The notes below the pieces were generated by a model. That model had not been told where the DNA came from, made no database searches, and worked only from the letters and a program-made list of their open reading frames with translations. Below are positions 13,820 to 30,400 of a stretch of DNA of 64,000 bases, piece after piece; position 1 is the stretch's first letter; every line of letters starts with the position of its first letter. The position numbers and the translations under genes are program-made. The stretch is taken from assembly GCA_964016885.1 (NCBI GenBank), contig OZ024744.1:111042001-111106000 (forward strand), written 5' to 3'. This DNA comes from Eledone cirrhosa (lineage: Eukaryota).

Positions 13820-16620
13820 TGAACACAGTAAAACTACACAATCCACTATACCTTACCATGCCCTGAACACAGTAAAACTACACAATCCACTATAGCTTAC
13901 CTTGCCCTGAACACAGAAAAACTAAACAATCCACTATAACTTACATTGCCCTGAACACAGTAAAACTACACAATCCACTATAAATTACCTTGCTCTGAAC
14001 ACAGTAAAATTACACAATCCACTATAACTTACCTTGCTCTGAACACAGTAAACCTACACAATCCACTATAAATTACCTTGCCCTGAACACAGTAAAATTA
14101 CACAATCCACTATAAGTTACCTTGCTCTGAACACAGTAAAACAACACAATCCACTATAACTTACCATGCGCTGAACACAGTAAAACTAAACAATCCACTA
14201 TAACTTACATTGCCCTGAACACAGTAAAATTACACAAACCACTATAAATTACCTTGCCCGGAACACAGTAAAACTACACAATCCACTATAAATTACCTTG
14301 CCCTGAACACAGTAAAACTACACAATCCACTATAACTTACCTTGCCCTGGACACAGTAAAACTACACAATCCACTATAACTTACCTTGCTCTGAACACAG
14401 TAAAACTACACAATCCACTATACCTTACCTTGGCCTGAACACAGTAAAACTACACAATCCACTATAGCTTACATTGCTCTGAACACAGTAAAACTACACA
14501 ATCCATTATAGCTTACCTTGCCCTGAAAACAGTGGAACTACACAATCCACTATAAATTACCTTGCTCTGAACACAGTAAAACTACACAATCCACTATAAC
14601 TTACCTTGCTCTGAACACGGTAAAACTACACAATCCACTATAACTTACCTTGCTCTGAACACAGTAAAACTACACAATCCACTATAACTTACTTTGTCAT
14701 GAACACAGTAAAACTACACAATCCACTATAACTTACCTTGCACTGAACACAGTAAAACTACACAATCCACTATAGTTTACCTTGCCCTGAACACAGTAAA
14801 ACTACACAATCCACAATAACGTACCTTGCCCTGAACACAGTAAAACTACTTAATTCACTATAACTTACCTTGCTCTGAACACAGTAAAACTACACAATCC
14901 ACTATACCTTACCTTGCCCTGAACACAGTAAAACTACACAATCCACTATAGCTTACATTGCTCTGAACACAGTAAAACTACACAATCCACTATAAATTAC
15001 CTTGCCCTGAACACAGTAAAACTACACAATCCACTATTACTTACCTTGCCCTGAACACAGAATAACTACACAATCCACTATAACTTAACTGGCCCTGAAC
15101 ACAGTAAAACTACACAATCCACTATTACTTACCTTGCTCTGAACACAGTAAAACTACACAATCCACTATTACTTACCTTGCTCTGAACACAGAAAAACTA
15201 CACAATCCACTATAACTTAATTTGCCATGAACACAGTAAAACTACACAATCCACTATTACTTACCTTGCTCTGAACATAGAAAAACTACACAATCCACTA
15301 TAACTTACTTTGCCATGAACACAGTAAAACTACACAATCCACTATAACTTAACTGGCCCTGAACACAGTGACACTACACAATCAACTATAACTTACCTTG
15401 CTCTGAACACAGTAAAACTACACAATGCACTATAACTTACTTTGCCATGAACACAGTAAAACTACACAATCCACTAAAACTTACCTTGCACTGAACACAG
15501 TAAAACTACACAATCCACTATAACAAACATTGCCCGGAACAAAGTAAAACTACGTAATCCACTATACCTTACCTTGCCCTGAACACAGTGAAACTAAACA
15601 ATCCACTATAACTTACCTTGCTCTGAACACAGTAAAACTACACAATCCACTATACCTTACCTTGCCCTGAACACAGTAAAACTACATAATCCACTATAGT
15701 TTACCTTGCCCTGAACACAATAAAACTACACAATCCACTATAAATTACCTTGCTCTGAACACAATAAAACTACAGAATCCACTATAACTTAACTGGCCCT
15801 GAACACAGTAAAACTACACAATCCACTATAACTTACCTTGCCCTGAACACAGTAAAACTACACAATCCACTATAACAAACATTGCCCTGAACACGGTAAA
15901 ACTACACAAACCACTATAAATTACCTTGCCCTGAACACAGTAAAACTACATAATCCACTATAGTTTACCTTGCCCTGAACACAATAAAACTACACAATCC
16001 ACTATAACGTACCTTGCCCTGAACACAGTAAAACTACTTAATTCACTATAACTTACCTTGCTCTGAACACAGTAAAACTACACAATCCACTATACCTTAC
16101 CTTGCCCTGAACACAGTAAAACTACACAATCCACTATAACTTACCTTGCCCTGAACACAGTAAAACTACACAATCCTCTATAACTTACCTTGCTGTGAAC
16201 ACAGTAAAACTACACAATCCACTATGCCTTACCTTGCCCTGAACACAGTAAAACTACACAATCCTCTATAACTTACATTGCCCTGAACACAGTAAAACTA
16301 CACAATCCACTATTACTTACATTGCTCTGAACACAGAAAAACTACACAATCCACTATAACTTACTTTGCCATGAACAGAGTAAAACTACACAATCCACTA
16401 CAACTTACCTTGCACTGAACACAGTAAAACTACACAATCCACTATAAATTACCTTCCTCTGAACACAGTAAAACTACACAATCCACTATAACTTAACTGG
16501 CCCTGAACACAGTAACACTACACAATCCACTCTAACTTACCTTGCCCAGAACAAAGTATAACTACGTAATCCACTATACCTTACCTTGCCCTGAACACAG
16601 TCAAACTACACAATCCACTA
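13820..16620. repeat. Slightly diverged paralog of about 56.6-59.4 kb (and of 1-1840)
   Basis: The CTGGACAC variant at about 14348/57160 (offset 42,812) and the TTTGTCATG variant are shared; position 14784 corresponds to position 1. This copy lacks the GCCCTGCACA variant and has private AAACTAAAC (~15595) and TACAGAATCC (15771). Confidence 0.85.
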
Positions 16621-17939
16621 TAGCTTACCTTGCCCTGAACACAATGAAACTACACAATCCACTATAACTTACCTTGCTCTGAACACAGTAAAACTACACA
16701 ATCCACTATAAATTACCTTGCCCTGAACACAGTAAAACTACACAATCCACTATTACTTACCTTGCCCTGAACACAGAATAACTACACAATCCACTATAAC
16801 TTAACTGGCCCTGAACACAGTAAAACTACACAATCCACTATTACTTACCTTGCTCTGAACACAGTAAAACTACACAATCCACTATTACTTACCTTGCTCT
16901 GAACACAGAAAAACTACACAATCCACTATAACCTACTTTGCCATGAACACAGTAAAACTACACAATCCACTATTACTTACCTTGCTCTGAACACAGAAAA
17001 ACTACACAATCCACTATAACTTACTTTGCCATGAACACAGTAAAACTACACAATCCACTATAACTTAACTGGCCCTGAACACAGTAACACTACACAATCA
17101 ACTATAACTTACCTTGCTCTGAACACAGTAAAACTACACAATGCACTATAACTTACTTTGCCATGAACACAGTAAAACTACACAATCCACTAAAACTTAC
17201 CTTGCACTGAACACAGTAAAACTACACAATCCACTATAAATTACCTTGTTCTGAACACAGTAAAACTACACAATCCACTCTAACTTACCTTGCCCGGAAC
17301 AAAGTAAAACTACGTAATCCACTATACCTTACCTTGCCCTGAACACAGTGAAACTACACAATCCACTATAACTTACCTTGCTCTGAACACAGTAAAACTA
17401 CACAATCCACTATAACTTACTTTGCCATGAACACAGTAAAACTACACAATCCACTATAACTTAACTGGCCCTGAACACAGTAACACTACACAATCAACTA
17501 TAACTTACCTTGCTCTGAACACAGTAAAACTACACAATGCACTATAACTTACTTTGCCATGAACACAGTAAAACTACACAATCCACTAAAACTTACCTTG
17601 CACTGAACACAGTAAAACTACACAATCCACTATAAATTACCTTGTTCTGAACACAGTAAAACTACACAATCCACTCTAACTTACCTTGCCCGGACCAAAG
17701 TAAAACTACGTAATCCACTATACCTTACCTTGCCCTGAACACAGTGAAACTACACAATCAACTATAACTTACCTTGCTCTGAACACAGTAAAACTACACA
17801 ATCCACTATAACTTACTTTGCCATGAACACAGTAAAACTACACAATCCACTATAACTTACCTTGTACTGAACACAGTAAAACTACACAATCCACTATAAC
17901 TTACCTTGCACTGAACACAGTAAAACTACACAATCCACT

Positions 17940-20900
17940 ATTACTTACATTGCTCTGAACACAGAAAAACTACACAATCCACTATAACTTACTTTGCCAT
18001 GAACACAGTAAAACTACACAATCCACTACAACTTACCTTGCACTGAACACAGTAAAACTACACAATCCACTATAAATTACCTTCCTCTGAACACAATAAA
18101 ACTACACAATCCACTATAACTTAACTGGCCCTGAACACAGTAAAACTACACAATCCACTATAACTTAACTGGCCCTGAACACAGTAAAACTACACAATCC
18201 ACTATAAGTTACCTTGCTCTGAACACAGTAAAACTACACAATCCACTATAACTTACCTTGCCCTGAACACAGTAAAACTACACAAACCACTATAAATTAC
18301 CTTGTTCTGAACACAGTAAAACTACACAATCCACTATACCTTACCTTGCCCTGAACACAGTAAAACTACACAATCCACTATAGCTTACATTGCTCTGAAC
18401 ACAGTAAAACTACACAATCCACTATAAATTACCTTGCTCTGAACACAGCAAAACTACACAATCCACTATAACTTACTTTGCCATGAACACAGTAAAACTA
18501 CACAATCCACTATAACTTACCTTGCACTGAACACAGTAAAACTACACAATCCACTATAACTTAACTGGCCCTGAACACAGTAACACTACACAATCAACTA
18601 TAACTTACCTTGCTCTGAACACAGTAAAACTACACAATGCACTATAACTTACTTTGCCATGAACACAGTAAAACTACACAATCCACTATAACTTACCTTG
18701 CACTGAACACAGTAAAACTACACAATCCACTATAAATTACCTTGTTCTGAACACAGAAAAACTACACAATCCACTCTAACTTACCTTGCCCAGAACAAAA
18801 TAAAACTACGTAATCCACTATACCTTACCTTGCCCTGAACACAGTGAAACTACACAATCCACTATAACTTACCTTGCTCTGAACACAGTAAAACTACACA
18901 ATCCACTATACCTTACCTTGCCCTGAACACAGTAAAACTACATAATCCACTATAGTTTACCTTGCCCTGAACACAATAAAACTACACAATCCACTATAAA
19001 TTACCTTGCCCTGAAAACAGTAGAACTACACAATCCACTATAAATTACCTTGCTCTGAACACAATAAAACTACACAATCCACTATAACTTAACTGGCCCT
19101 GAACACAGTAAAACTACACAATCCACTATAACTTACCTTGCCCTGAACACAGTAAAACTACACAATCCACTATAACAAACATTGCCCTGAACACGGTAAA
19201 ACTACACAAACCACTATCAATTACCTTGCCCTGAACACAGTAAAACTACATAATCCACTATAGTTTACCTTGCCCTGAACACAATAAAACTACACAATCC
19301 ACTATAAATTACCTTGCCCTGAACACAGTAAAACTACACAATCCTCTATAACTTACCTTGCTGTGAACACAGTAAAACTACACAATCCACTATGCCTTAC
19401 CTTGCCATGAACACAGTAAAACTACACAATCCACTATTACTTACATTGCTCTGAACACAGAAAAACTACACAATCCACTATAACTTACCTTGCACTGAAC
19501 ACAGTAAAACTACACAATCCACTATAACTTACCTTGCCCTGAACACAGTAAAACTACACAATCCACTATAACTTAACTGGCCCTGAACACAGTAAAACTA
19601 CACAATCCACTATAACTTACCTTGCCCTGAACACAGTAAAACTACACAATCCAAACTATAACAAACATTGCCCTGAACACGGTAAAACTACACAAACCAC
19701 TATAAATTACCTTGCCCTGAACACAGTAAAACTACATAATCCACTATAGTTTACCTTGCCCTGAACACAATAAAACTACACGATCCACTTTAAATTACCT
19801 TGCCCTGAACACAGTAAAACTACACAATCCACTATAACGTACCTTGCCCTGAACACAGTAAAACTACTTAATTCACTATAACTTACCTTGCTCTGAACAC
19901 AGTAAAACTACACAATCCACTATACCTTACCTTGCCCTGAACACAGTGAAACTACACAATCCACTATAACTTACCTTGCCCTGAACACAGTAAAACTACA
20001 CAATCCTCTATAACTTACCTTGCTGTGAACACAGTAAAACTACACAATCCACTATGCCTTACCTTGCCCTGAACACAGTAAAACTACACAATCCACTATT
20101 ACTTACATTGCTCTGAACACAGAAAAACTACACAATCCACTATAACTTACTTTGCCATGAACACAGTAAAACTACACAATCCACTACAACTTACCTTGCA
20201 CTGAACACAGTAAAACTACACAATCCACTATAAATTACCTTCCTCTGAACACAATAAAACTACACAATCCACTATAACTTAACTGGCCCTGAACACAGTA
20301 AAACTACACAATCCACTATAACTTAACTGGCCCTGAACACAGTAAAACTACACAATCCACTATAACTTACCTTGCCCTGAACACAGTAAACTACACAATC
20401 CACTATAACTTACATTGCCCTGAACACAGTAAAACTACACAAACCACTATAAATTACCTTGTTCTGAACACAGTAAAACTACACAATCCACTATACCTTA
20501 CCTTGCCCTGAACACAGTAAAACTACACAATCCACTATAACTTACTTTGCCCTGAACACATTAAAACTACACAAACCACTATAAATTACCTTGCTCTAAA
20601 CACAGTAAAACTTTATAATCCACTATAACTTAACTGGCCCTGAACACAGTAAAACTACACAATCCACTATAACTTAACAGGCCCTGAACACAGTAAAACT
20701 ACACAATCCACTATAACTTAACTGGCCCTGAACACAGTAAAACTACACAATCCACTATAACTTACCTTGCCTTGAACACAGTAAAACTACACAATCCACT
20801 ATAACTTACATTGCCCTGAACACAGTAAAACTACACAATCCACTATAACTTACCTTGCTCTGAACACAGTAAAACTACACAAACCACTATAACTTAACAG

Positions 20901-23900
20901 TCCCTGAACACAGTAAAACTACACAATCCACTATAACTTAACTGACCCTGAACACAGTAAAACTACACAATCCACTATAACTTAACTGGCCCTGAACACA
21001 GTAAAACTACACAATCCACTATAACTTACCTTGCTCTGAACACAGTAAAACTACACAATCCACTATAACTTACCTTGCCCTGAACACAGTAAAACTACAC
21101 AATCCTCTATAACTTACCTTGCTGTGAACACAGTAAAACTACACAATCCACTATGCCTTACCTTGCCCTGAACACAGTAAAACTACACAATCCACTATTA
21201 CTTACATTGCTCTGAACACAGAAAAACTACACAATCCACTATAACTTACTTTGCCATGAACACAGTAAAACTACACAATCCACTACAACTTACCTTGCAC
21301 TGAACACAGTAAAACTACACAATCCACTATAAATTACCTTCCTCTGAACACAATAAAACTACACAATCCACTATAACTTAACTGGCCCTGAACACAGTAA
21401 AACTACACAATCCACTATAACTTAACTGGCCCTGAACACAGTAAAACTACACAATCCACTATAAGTTACCTTGCTCTGAACACAGTAAAACTACACAATC
21501 CACTATAACTTACCTTGCCCTGAACACAGTAAGCTACACAATCCACTATAACTTAACTGGCCCTGAACACAGTAAAACTACACAATCCACTATAACAAAC
21601 ATTGCCCTGAACACGGTAAAACTACACAAACCACTATAGTTTACCTTGCCCTGAACACAATAAAACTACACAATCCACTATAAATTACCTTGCCCTGAAC
21701 ACAGTAAAACTACACAATCCACTATAAATTACCTTGCCCTGAACACAGTAAAACTACATAATCCACTATAGTTTACCTTGCCCTGAACACAATAAAACTA
21801 CACAATCCACTATAAATTACCTTGCCCTGAACACAGTAAAACTACACAATCCACTATAAATTACCTTGCCCTGAACACAGTAAAACTACACAATCCACTA
21901 TGCCTTACCTTGCCCTGAACACAGTAAAACTACACAATCCACTATTACTTACATTGCTCTGAACACTGAAAAACTACACAATCCACTATAACTTACTTTG
22001 CCATGAACACAGTAAAACTACACAATCCTCTATAACTTACCTTGCTGTGAACACAGTAAAACTACACAATCCACTATGCCTTACCTTGCCCTGAACACAG
22101 TAAAACTCCACAATCCACTATAACTTACCTTGCCCTGAACACAGTAAAACTACACAATCCAAACTATAACAAACATTGCCCTGAACACGGTAAAACTACA
22201 CAAACCACTATAAATTACCTTGCCCTGAACACAGTAAAACTACATAATCCACTATAGTTTACCTTGCCCTGAACACAATAAAACTACACAATCCACTTTA
22301 AATTACCTTGCCCTGAACACAGTAAAACTACACAATCCACTATAACGTACCTTGCCCTGAACACAGTAAAACTACTTAATTCACTATAACTTACCTTGCT
22401 CTGAACACAGTAAAACTACACAATCCACTATACCTTACCTTGCCCTGAACACAGTGAAACTACACAATCCACTATAACTTACCTTGCCCTGAACACAGTA
22501 AAACTACACAATCCTCTATAACTTACCTTGCTGTGAACACAGTAAAACTACACAATCCACTATGCCTTACCTTGCCCTGAACACAGTAGAACTACACAAT
22601 CCACTATTACTTACATTGCTCTGAACACAGAAAAACTACACAATCCACTATAACTTACTTTGCCATGAACACAGTAAAGCTACACAATCCACTACAACTT
22701 ACCTTGCACTGAACACAGTAAAACTACACAATCCACTATAAATTACCTTCCTCTGAACACAATAAAACTACACAATCCACTATAACTTAACTGGCCCTGA
22801 ACACAGTAAAACTACACAATCCACTATAACTTAACTGGCCCTGAACACAGTAAAACTACACAATCCACTATAAGTTACCTTGCTCTGAACACAGTAAAAC
22901 TACACAATCCACTATAACTTACCTTGCCCTGAACACAGTAAACTACACAATCCACTATAACTTACATTGCCCTGAACACAGTAAAACTACACAAACCACT
23001 ATAAATTACCTTGTTCTGAACACAGTAAAACTACACAATCCACTATACCTTACCTTGCCCTGAACACAGTAAAACTACACAATCCACTATAGCTTACATT
23101 GCTCTGAACACAGTAAAACTACACAATCCACCATAAATTACCTTGCTCTGAACACAGCAAAACTACACAATCCACTATAACTTACTTTGCCATGAACACA
23201 GTAAAACTACACAATCCACTATAACTTACCTTGCACTGAACACAGTAAAACTACACAATCCACTATAACTTAACTGGCCCTGAACACAATAACACTACAC
23301 AATCCACTATAACAAACATTGCCCTGAACACGGTAAAACTACACAAACCACTATCAATTACCTTGCCCTGAACACAGTAAAACTACATAATCCACTATAG
23401 TTTACCTTGCCCTGAACACAATAAAACTACACAATCCACTATAAATTACCTTGCCCTGAAGACAGTAAAACTACACAATCCACTATAACTTACCTTGCTG
23501 TGAACACAGTAAAACTACACAATCCACTATGCCTTACCTTGCCCTGAACACAGTAAAACTACACAATCCATTATTACTTACATTGCTCTGAACACAGAAA
23601 AACTACACAATCCACTATAACTTACTTTGCCATGAACACAGTAAAAATAACACAATCCTCTATAACTTACCTTGCTGTGAACACAGTAAAACTACACAAT
23701 CCACTATGCCTTACCTTGCCCTGAACACAGTAAAACTCCACAATCCACTATAACTTACCTTGCCCTGAACACAGTAAAACTACACAATCCAAACTATAAC
23801 AAACATTGCCCTGAACACGGTAAAACTACACAAACCACTATAAATTACCTTGCCTTGAACACAGTAAAACTACATAATCCACTATAGTTTACCTTGCCCT

Positions 23901-26900
23901 GAACACAATAAAACTACACGATCCACTTTAAATTACCTTGCCCTGAACACAGTAAAACTACACAATCCACTATAACGTACCTTGCCCTGAACACAGTAAA
24001 ACTACTTAATTCACTATAACTTACCTTGCTCTGAACACAGTAAAACTACACAATCCACTATACCTTACCTTGCCTTGAACACAGTGAAACTACACAATCC
24101 ACTATAACTTACCTTGCCCTGAACACAGTAAAACTACACAATCCTCTATAACTTACCTTGCTGTGAACACAGTAAAACTACACAATCCACTATGCCTTAC
24201 ATTGCCCTGAACACAGTAAAACTACACAATCCACTATTACTTACATTGCTCTGAACACAGAAAAACTACACAATCCACTATAACTTACTTTGCCATGAAC
24301 ACAGTAAAACTACACAATCCACTACAACTTACCTTGCACTGAACACAGTAAAACTACACAATCCACTATAAATTACCTTCCTCTGAACACAATAAAACTA
24401 CACAATCCACTATAACTTAACTGGCCCTGAACACAGTAAAACTACACAATCCACTATAACTTAACTGGCCCTGAACACAGTAACACTACACAATCCACTA
24501 TAAGTTACCTTGCTCTGAACACAGTAAAACTACACAATCCACTATAACTTACCTTGCCCTGAACACAGTAAACTACACAATCCACTATAACTTACATTGC
24601 CCTGAACACAGTAAAACTACACAAACCACTATAAATTACCTTGTTCTGAACACAGTAAAACTACACAATCCACTATACCTTACCTTGCCCTGAACACAGT
24701 AAAACTACACAATCCACTATAGCTTACATTGCTCTGAACACAGTAAAACTACACAATCCACTATAAATTACCTTGCTCTGAACACAGCAAAACTACACAA
24801 TCCACTATAACTTACTTTGCCATGAACACAGTAAAACTACACAATCCACTATAACTTACCTTGCACTGAACACAGTAAAACTACACAATCCACTATAACT
24901 TAACTGGCCCTGAACACAGTAACACTACACAATCAACTATAACTTACCTTGCTCTGAACACAGTAAAACTACACAATGCACTATAACTTACTTTGCCATG
25001 AACACAGTAAAACTACACAATCCACTATAACTTACCTTGCACTGAACACAGTAAAACTACACAATCCACTATAAATTACCTTGTTCTGAACACAGAAAAA
25101 CTACACAATCCACTCTAACTTACCTTGCCCAGAACAAAATAAAACTACGTAATCCACTATACCTTACCTTGCCCTGAACACAGTGAAACTACACAATCCA
25201 CTATAACTTACCTTGCTCTGAACACAGTAAAACTACACAATCCACTATACCTTACCTTGCCCTGAACACAGTAAAACTACATAATCCACTATAGTTTACC
25301 TTGCCCTGAACACAATAAAACTACACAATCCACTATAAATTACCTTGCCCTGAAAACAGTAGAACTACACAATCCACTATAAATTACCTTGCTCTGAACA
25401 CAATAAAACTACACAATCCACTATAACTTAACTGGCCCTGAACACAGTAAAACTACACAATCCACTATAACTTACCTTGCCCTGAACACAGTAAAACTAC
25501 ACAATCCACTATAACAAACATTGCCCTGAACACGGTAAAACTACACAAACCACTATCAATTACCTTGCCCTGAACACAGTAAAACTACATAATCCACTAT
25601 AGTTTACCTTGCCCTGAACACAATAAAACTACACAATCCACTATAAATTACCTTGCCCTGAACACAGTAAAACTACACAATCCTCTATAACTTACCTTGC
25701 TGTGAACACAGTAAAACTACACAATCCACTATGCCTTACCTTGCCATGAACACAGTAAAACTACACAATCCACTATTACTTACATTGCTCTGAACACAGA
25801 AAAACTACACAATCCACTATAACTTACCTTGCACTGAACACAGTAAAACTACACAATCCACTATAACTTACCTTGCCCTGAACACAGTAAAACTACACAA
25901 TCCACTATAACTTAACTGGCCCTGAACACAGTAAAACTACACAATCCACTATAACTTACCTTGCCCTGAACACAGTAAAACTACACAATCCAAACTATAA
26001 CAAACATTGCCCTGAACACGGTAAAACTACACAAACCACTATAAATTACCTTGCCCTGAACACAGTAAAACTACATAATCCACTATAGTTTACCTTGCCC
26101 TGAACACAATAAAACTACACGATCCACTTTAAATTACCTTGCCCTGAACACAGTAAAACTACACAATCCACTATAACGTACCTTGCCCTGAACACAGTAA
26201 AACTACTTAATTCACTATAACTTACCTTGCTCTGAACACAGTAAAACTACACAATCCACTATACCTTACCTTGCCCTGAACACAGTGAAACTACACAATC
26301 CACTATAACTTACCTTGCCCTGAACACAGTAAAACTACACAATCCTCTATAACTTACCTTGCTGTGAACACAGTAAAACTACACAATCCACTATGCCTTA
26401 CCTTGCCCTGAACACAGTAAAACTACACAATCCACTATTACTTACATTGCTCTGAACACAGAAAAACTACACAATCCACTATAACTTACTTTGCCATGAA
26501 CACAGTAAAACTACACAATCCACTACAACTTACCTTGCACTGAACACAGTAAAACTACACAATCCACTAAAAATTACCTTCCTCTGAACACAATAAAACT
26601 ACACAATCCACTATAACTTAACTGGCCCTGAACACAGTAAAACTACACAATCCACTATAACTTAACTGGCCCTGAACACAGTAAAACTACACAATCCACT
26701 ATAACTTACCTTGCCCTGAACACAGTAAACTACACAATCCACTATAACTTACATTGCCCTGAACACAGTAAAACTACACAAACCACTATAAATTACCTTG
26801 TTCTGAACACAGTAAAACTACACAATCCACTATACCTTACCTTGCCCTGAACACAGTAAAACTACACAATCCACTATAACTTACTTTGCCCTGAACACAT

Positions 26901-27430
26901 TAAAACTACACAAACCACTATAAATTACCTTGCTCTAAACACAGTAAAACTTTATAATCCACTATAACTTAACTGGCCCTGAACACAGTAAAACTACACA
27001 ATCCACTATAACTTAACTGGCCCTGAACACAGTAAAACTACACAATCCACTATAAGTTACCTTGCTCTGAACACAGTAAAACTACACAATCCACTATAAC
27101 TTAACTGGCCCTGAACACAGTAAAACTACACAATCCACTATAACTTACCTTGCCTTGAACACAGTAAAACTACACAATCCACTATAACTTACATTGCCCT
27201 GAACACAGTAAAACTACACAATCCACTATAACTTACCTTGCTCTGAACACAGTAAAACTACACAAACCACTATAACTTAACAGGCCCTGAACACAGTAAA
27301 ACTACACAATCCACTATAACTTAACTGACCCTGAACACAGTAAAACTACACAATCCACTATAACTTAACTGGCCCTGAACACAGTAAAACTACACAATCC
27401 ACTATAACTTACCTTGCTCTGAACACAGTA
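17940..27430. repeat. Domain with a 6,339-bp-offset duplication (about 17.9-21.0 kb vs 24.2-27.4 kb) and 46-bp variant monomers
   Basis: GAACACAGCA 18441/24780, CAGAACAAAATAA 18791/25130, CCAAACTA 19651/25990 and CTTTATAATC 20611/26950 are all offset by 6,339. Confidence 0.87.
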
Positions 27431-30400
27431 AAACTACACGATCCACTATAACTTACCTTGCCCTGAGCACAGTAAGACTACACAAACCACTATAACTTAA
27501 CTGGCCCTGAACACAGTAAAACTACACAATCCACTATCACTTACCTTGCCCTGAACACAGTCAAACTACACAATCCACTATAACTTAACTGGCCCTGAAC
27601 ACAGTAAAACTACACAATCCACTATAACTTAACTGGCCCTGAACACAGTAAAACTACACAATCCACTATAAGTTACCTTGCTCTGAACACAGTAAAACTA
27701 CACAATCCACTATAACTTACCTTGCCCTGAACACAGTAAACTACACAATCCACTCTAACTTACCTTGCCCAGAACAAAGTAAAACTACGTAATCCACTAT
27801 ACCTTACCTTGCCCTGAACACAGTGAAACTACACAATCCACTATAACTTACCTTGCTCTGAACACAGTAAAACTACACAATCCACTATACCTTACCTTGC
27901 CCTGAACACAGTAAAACTACATAATCCACTATAGTTTACCTTGCCCTGAACACAATAAAACTACACAATCCACTATAAATTACCTTGCCCTGAAAACAGT
28001 AGAACTACACAATCCACTATAAATTACCTTGCTCTGAACACAATAAAACTACACAATCCACTATAACTTAACTGGCCCTGAACACAGTAAAACTACACAA
28101 TCCACTATAACTTACCTTGCCCTGAACACAGTAAAACTACACAATCCACTATAACAAACATTGCCCTGAACACGGTAAAACTACACAAACCACTATAAAT
28201 TACCTTGCCCTGAACACAGTAAAACTACATAATCCACTATAGTTTACCTTGCCCTGAACACAATAAAACTACACAATCCACTATAAATTACCTTGCCCTG
28301 AACACAGTAAAACTACACAATCCTCTATAACTTACCTTGCTGTGAACACAGTAAAACTACACAATCCACTATGCCTTACCTTGCCCTGAACACAGTAAAA
28401 CTACACAATCCACTATTACTTACATTGCTCTGAACACAGAAAAACTACACAATCCACTATAACTTACCTTGCCCGGAACACAGTAAACTACAGGATCCAC
28501 TATAACTTACCTTGCTCTGAACACAGTAAAACTACACGATCCACTATAACTTACATTGCCCTGAACACAGTAAAACTACACAATCCACTATAACTTACCT
28601 TGCGCTGAACACAGTAAAACTACACGATCCACTATAACTTACTTTGCCATGAACACAGTAAAACTACACGATCCACTATAACTTACCTTGCACTGAACAC
28701 AGTAAAACTACACAATCCACTATAACTTAACTTGCACTGAACACAGTAAAACTACACAATCCACTATAACTTAATTGGCCCTGAACACAGTAAAACTACA
28801 CAATCCACTATAACTTACCTTGCACTGAACACAGTAAAACTACACAATCCACTATAAGTAACCTTGCTCTGAACACAGTAAAACTACACAATCCACTATA
28901 ACTTACCTTGCCCTGAACACAGTAAACTACACAATCCACTATAACTTACATTGCCATGAACACAGTAAAACTACACAAACCACTATAAATTACCTTGTTC
29001 TGAACACAGTAAAACTACACAATCCCCTATACCTTACCTTGCCCTGAACACACTAAACTACAGGATCCACTATAACTTAACTGGCCCTGAACACAGTAAA
29101 ACTACACGATCCACTATAACTTACCTTGCACTGAACACAGTAAAACTACACAATCCACTATAACTTACCTTGCACTGGACACAGTAAAACTACACAATCC
29201 ACTATAAATTACCTTGCTCTGAACACAGTAAAACTACACAATCCACTATAACTTAACTGGCCCTGAACACAGTAAACTACAGAATCCACTATAACTTACC
29301 TTGCCCAGAACAAAGTAAAACTACGTAATCCACTATACCTTACCTTGCCCTGAACACAGTAAAACTACACAATCCACTATAGCTTACATTGCTCTGAACA
29401 CAGTAAAACTACACAATCCACTATAGCTTACCTTGCCCTGAACACAGTAAAACTACACAATCCACTATAAATTACCTTGCTCTGAACACAGTAAAACTAC
29501 ACAATCCACTATAACTTACCTTGCCCTGAACACAGTAAAACTACACAATCCACTATAACTGAACTGGCCCTGAACACAGTAAAACTACACAATCCACTAT
29601 AACTTAACTGGCCCTGAACACAGTAAAACTACACAATCCACTATAACTTAACTGGCCCTGAACACAGTAAAACTACACAAACCACTATAAATTACCTTGT
29701 TCTGAACACAGTAAAACTACACAATCCACTATACCTTACCTTGCCCTGAACACAGTAAAACTACACAATCCACTATAACTTACTTTGCCCTGAACATATT
29801 AAAACTACACAAACCACTATAAATTACCTTGCTCTAAACACAGTAAAACTTTATAATCCACTATAACTTAACTGGCCCTGAACACAGTGAAACTACACAA
29901 TCCACTATAACTTAACTGGCCCTGAACACAGTAAAACTACACAATCCACTATAAGTTACCTTGCTCTGAACACAGTAAAACTACACAATCCACTATAACT
30001 TAACTGGCCTTGAACACAGTAAAGCTACACAATCCACTATAACTTACATTTCTGTGAACACAGGAAAACTACACAAACCACTATAACTTAACTGACCCTG
30101 AACACAGTAAAACTACACAATCCACTATAACTTAACTGACCCTGAACACAGTCAAACTACACAATCCACTATAACTTAACTGGCCCTGAACACAGTAAAC
30201 TACAGGATCCACTATAACTTACCTTGCTCTGAACACAGTAAAACTACACGATCCACTATAACTTACATTGCCCTGAACACAGTAAAACTACACAATCCAC
30301 TATAACTTGCCTTGCGCTGAACACAGTAAAACTACACGATCCACTATAACTTACTTTGCCATGAACACAGTAAAACTACACGATCCACTATAACTTACCT

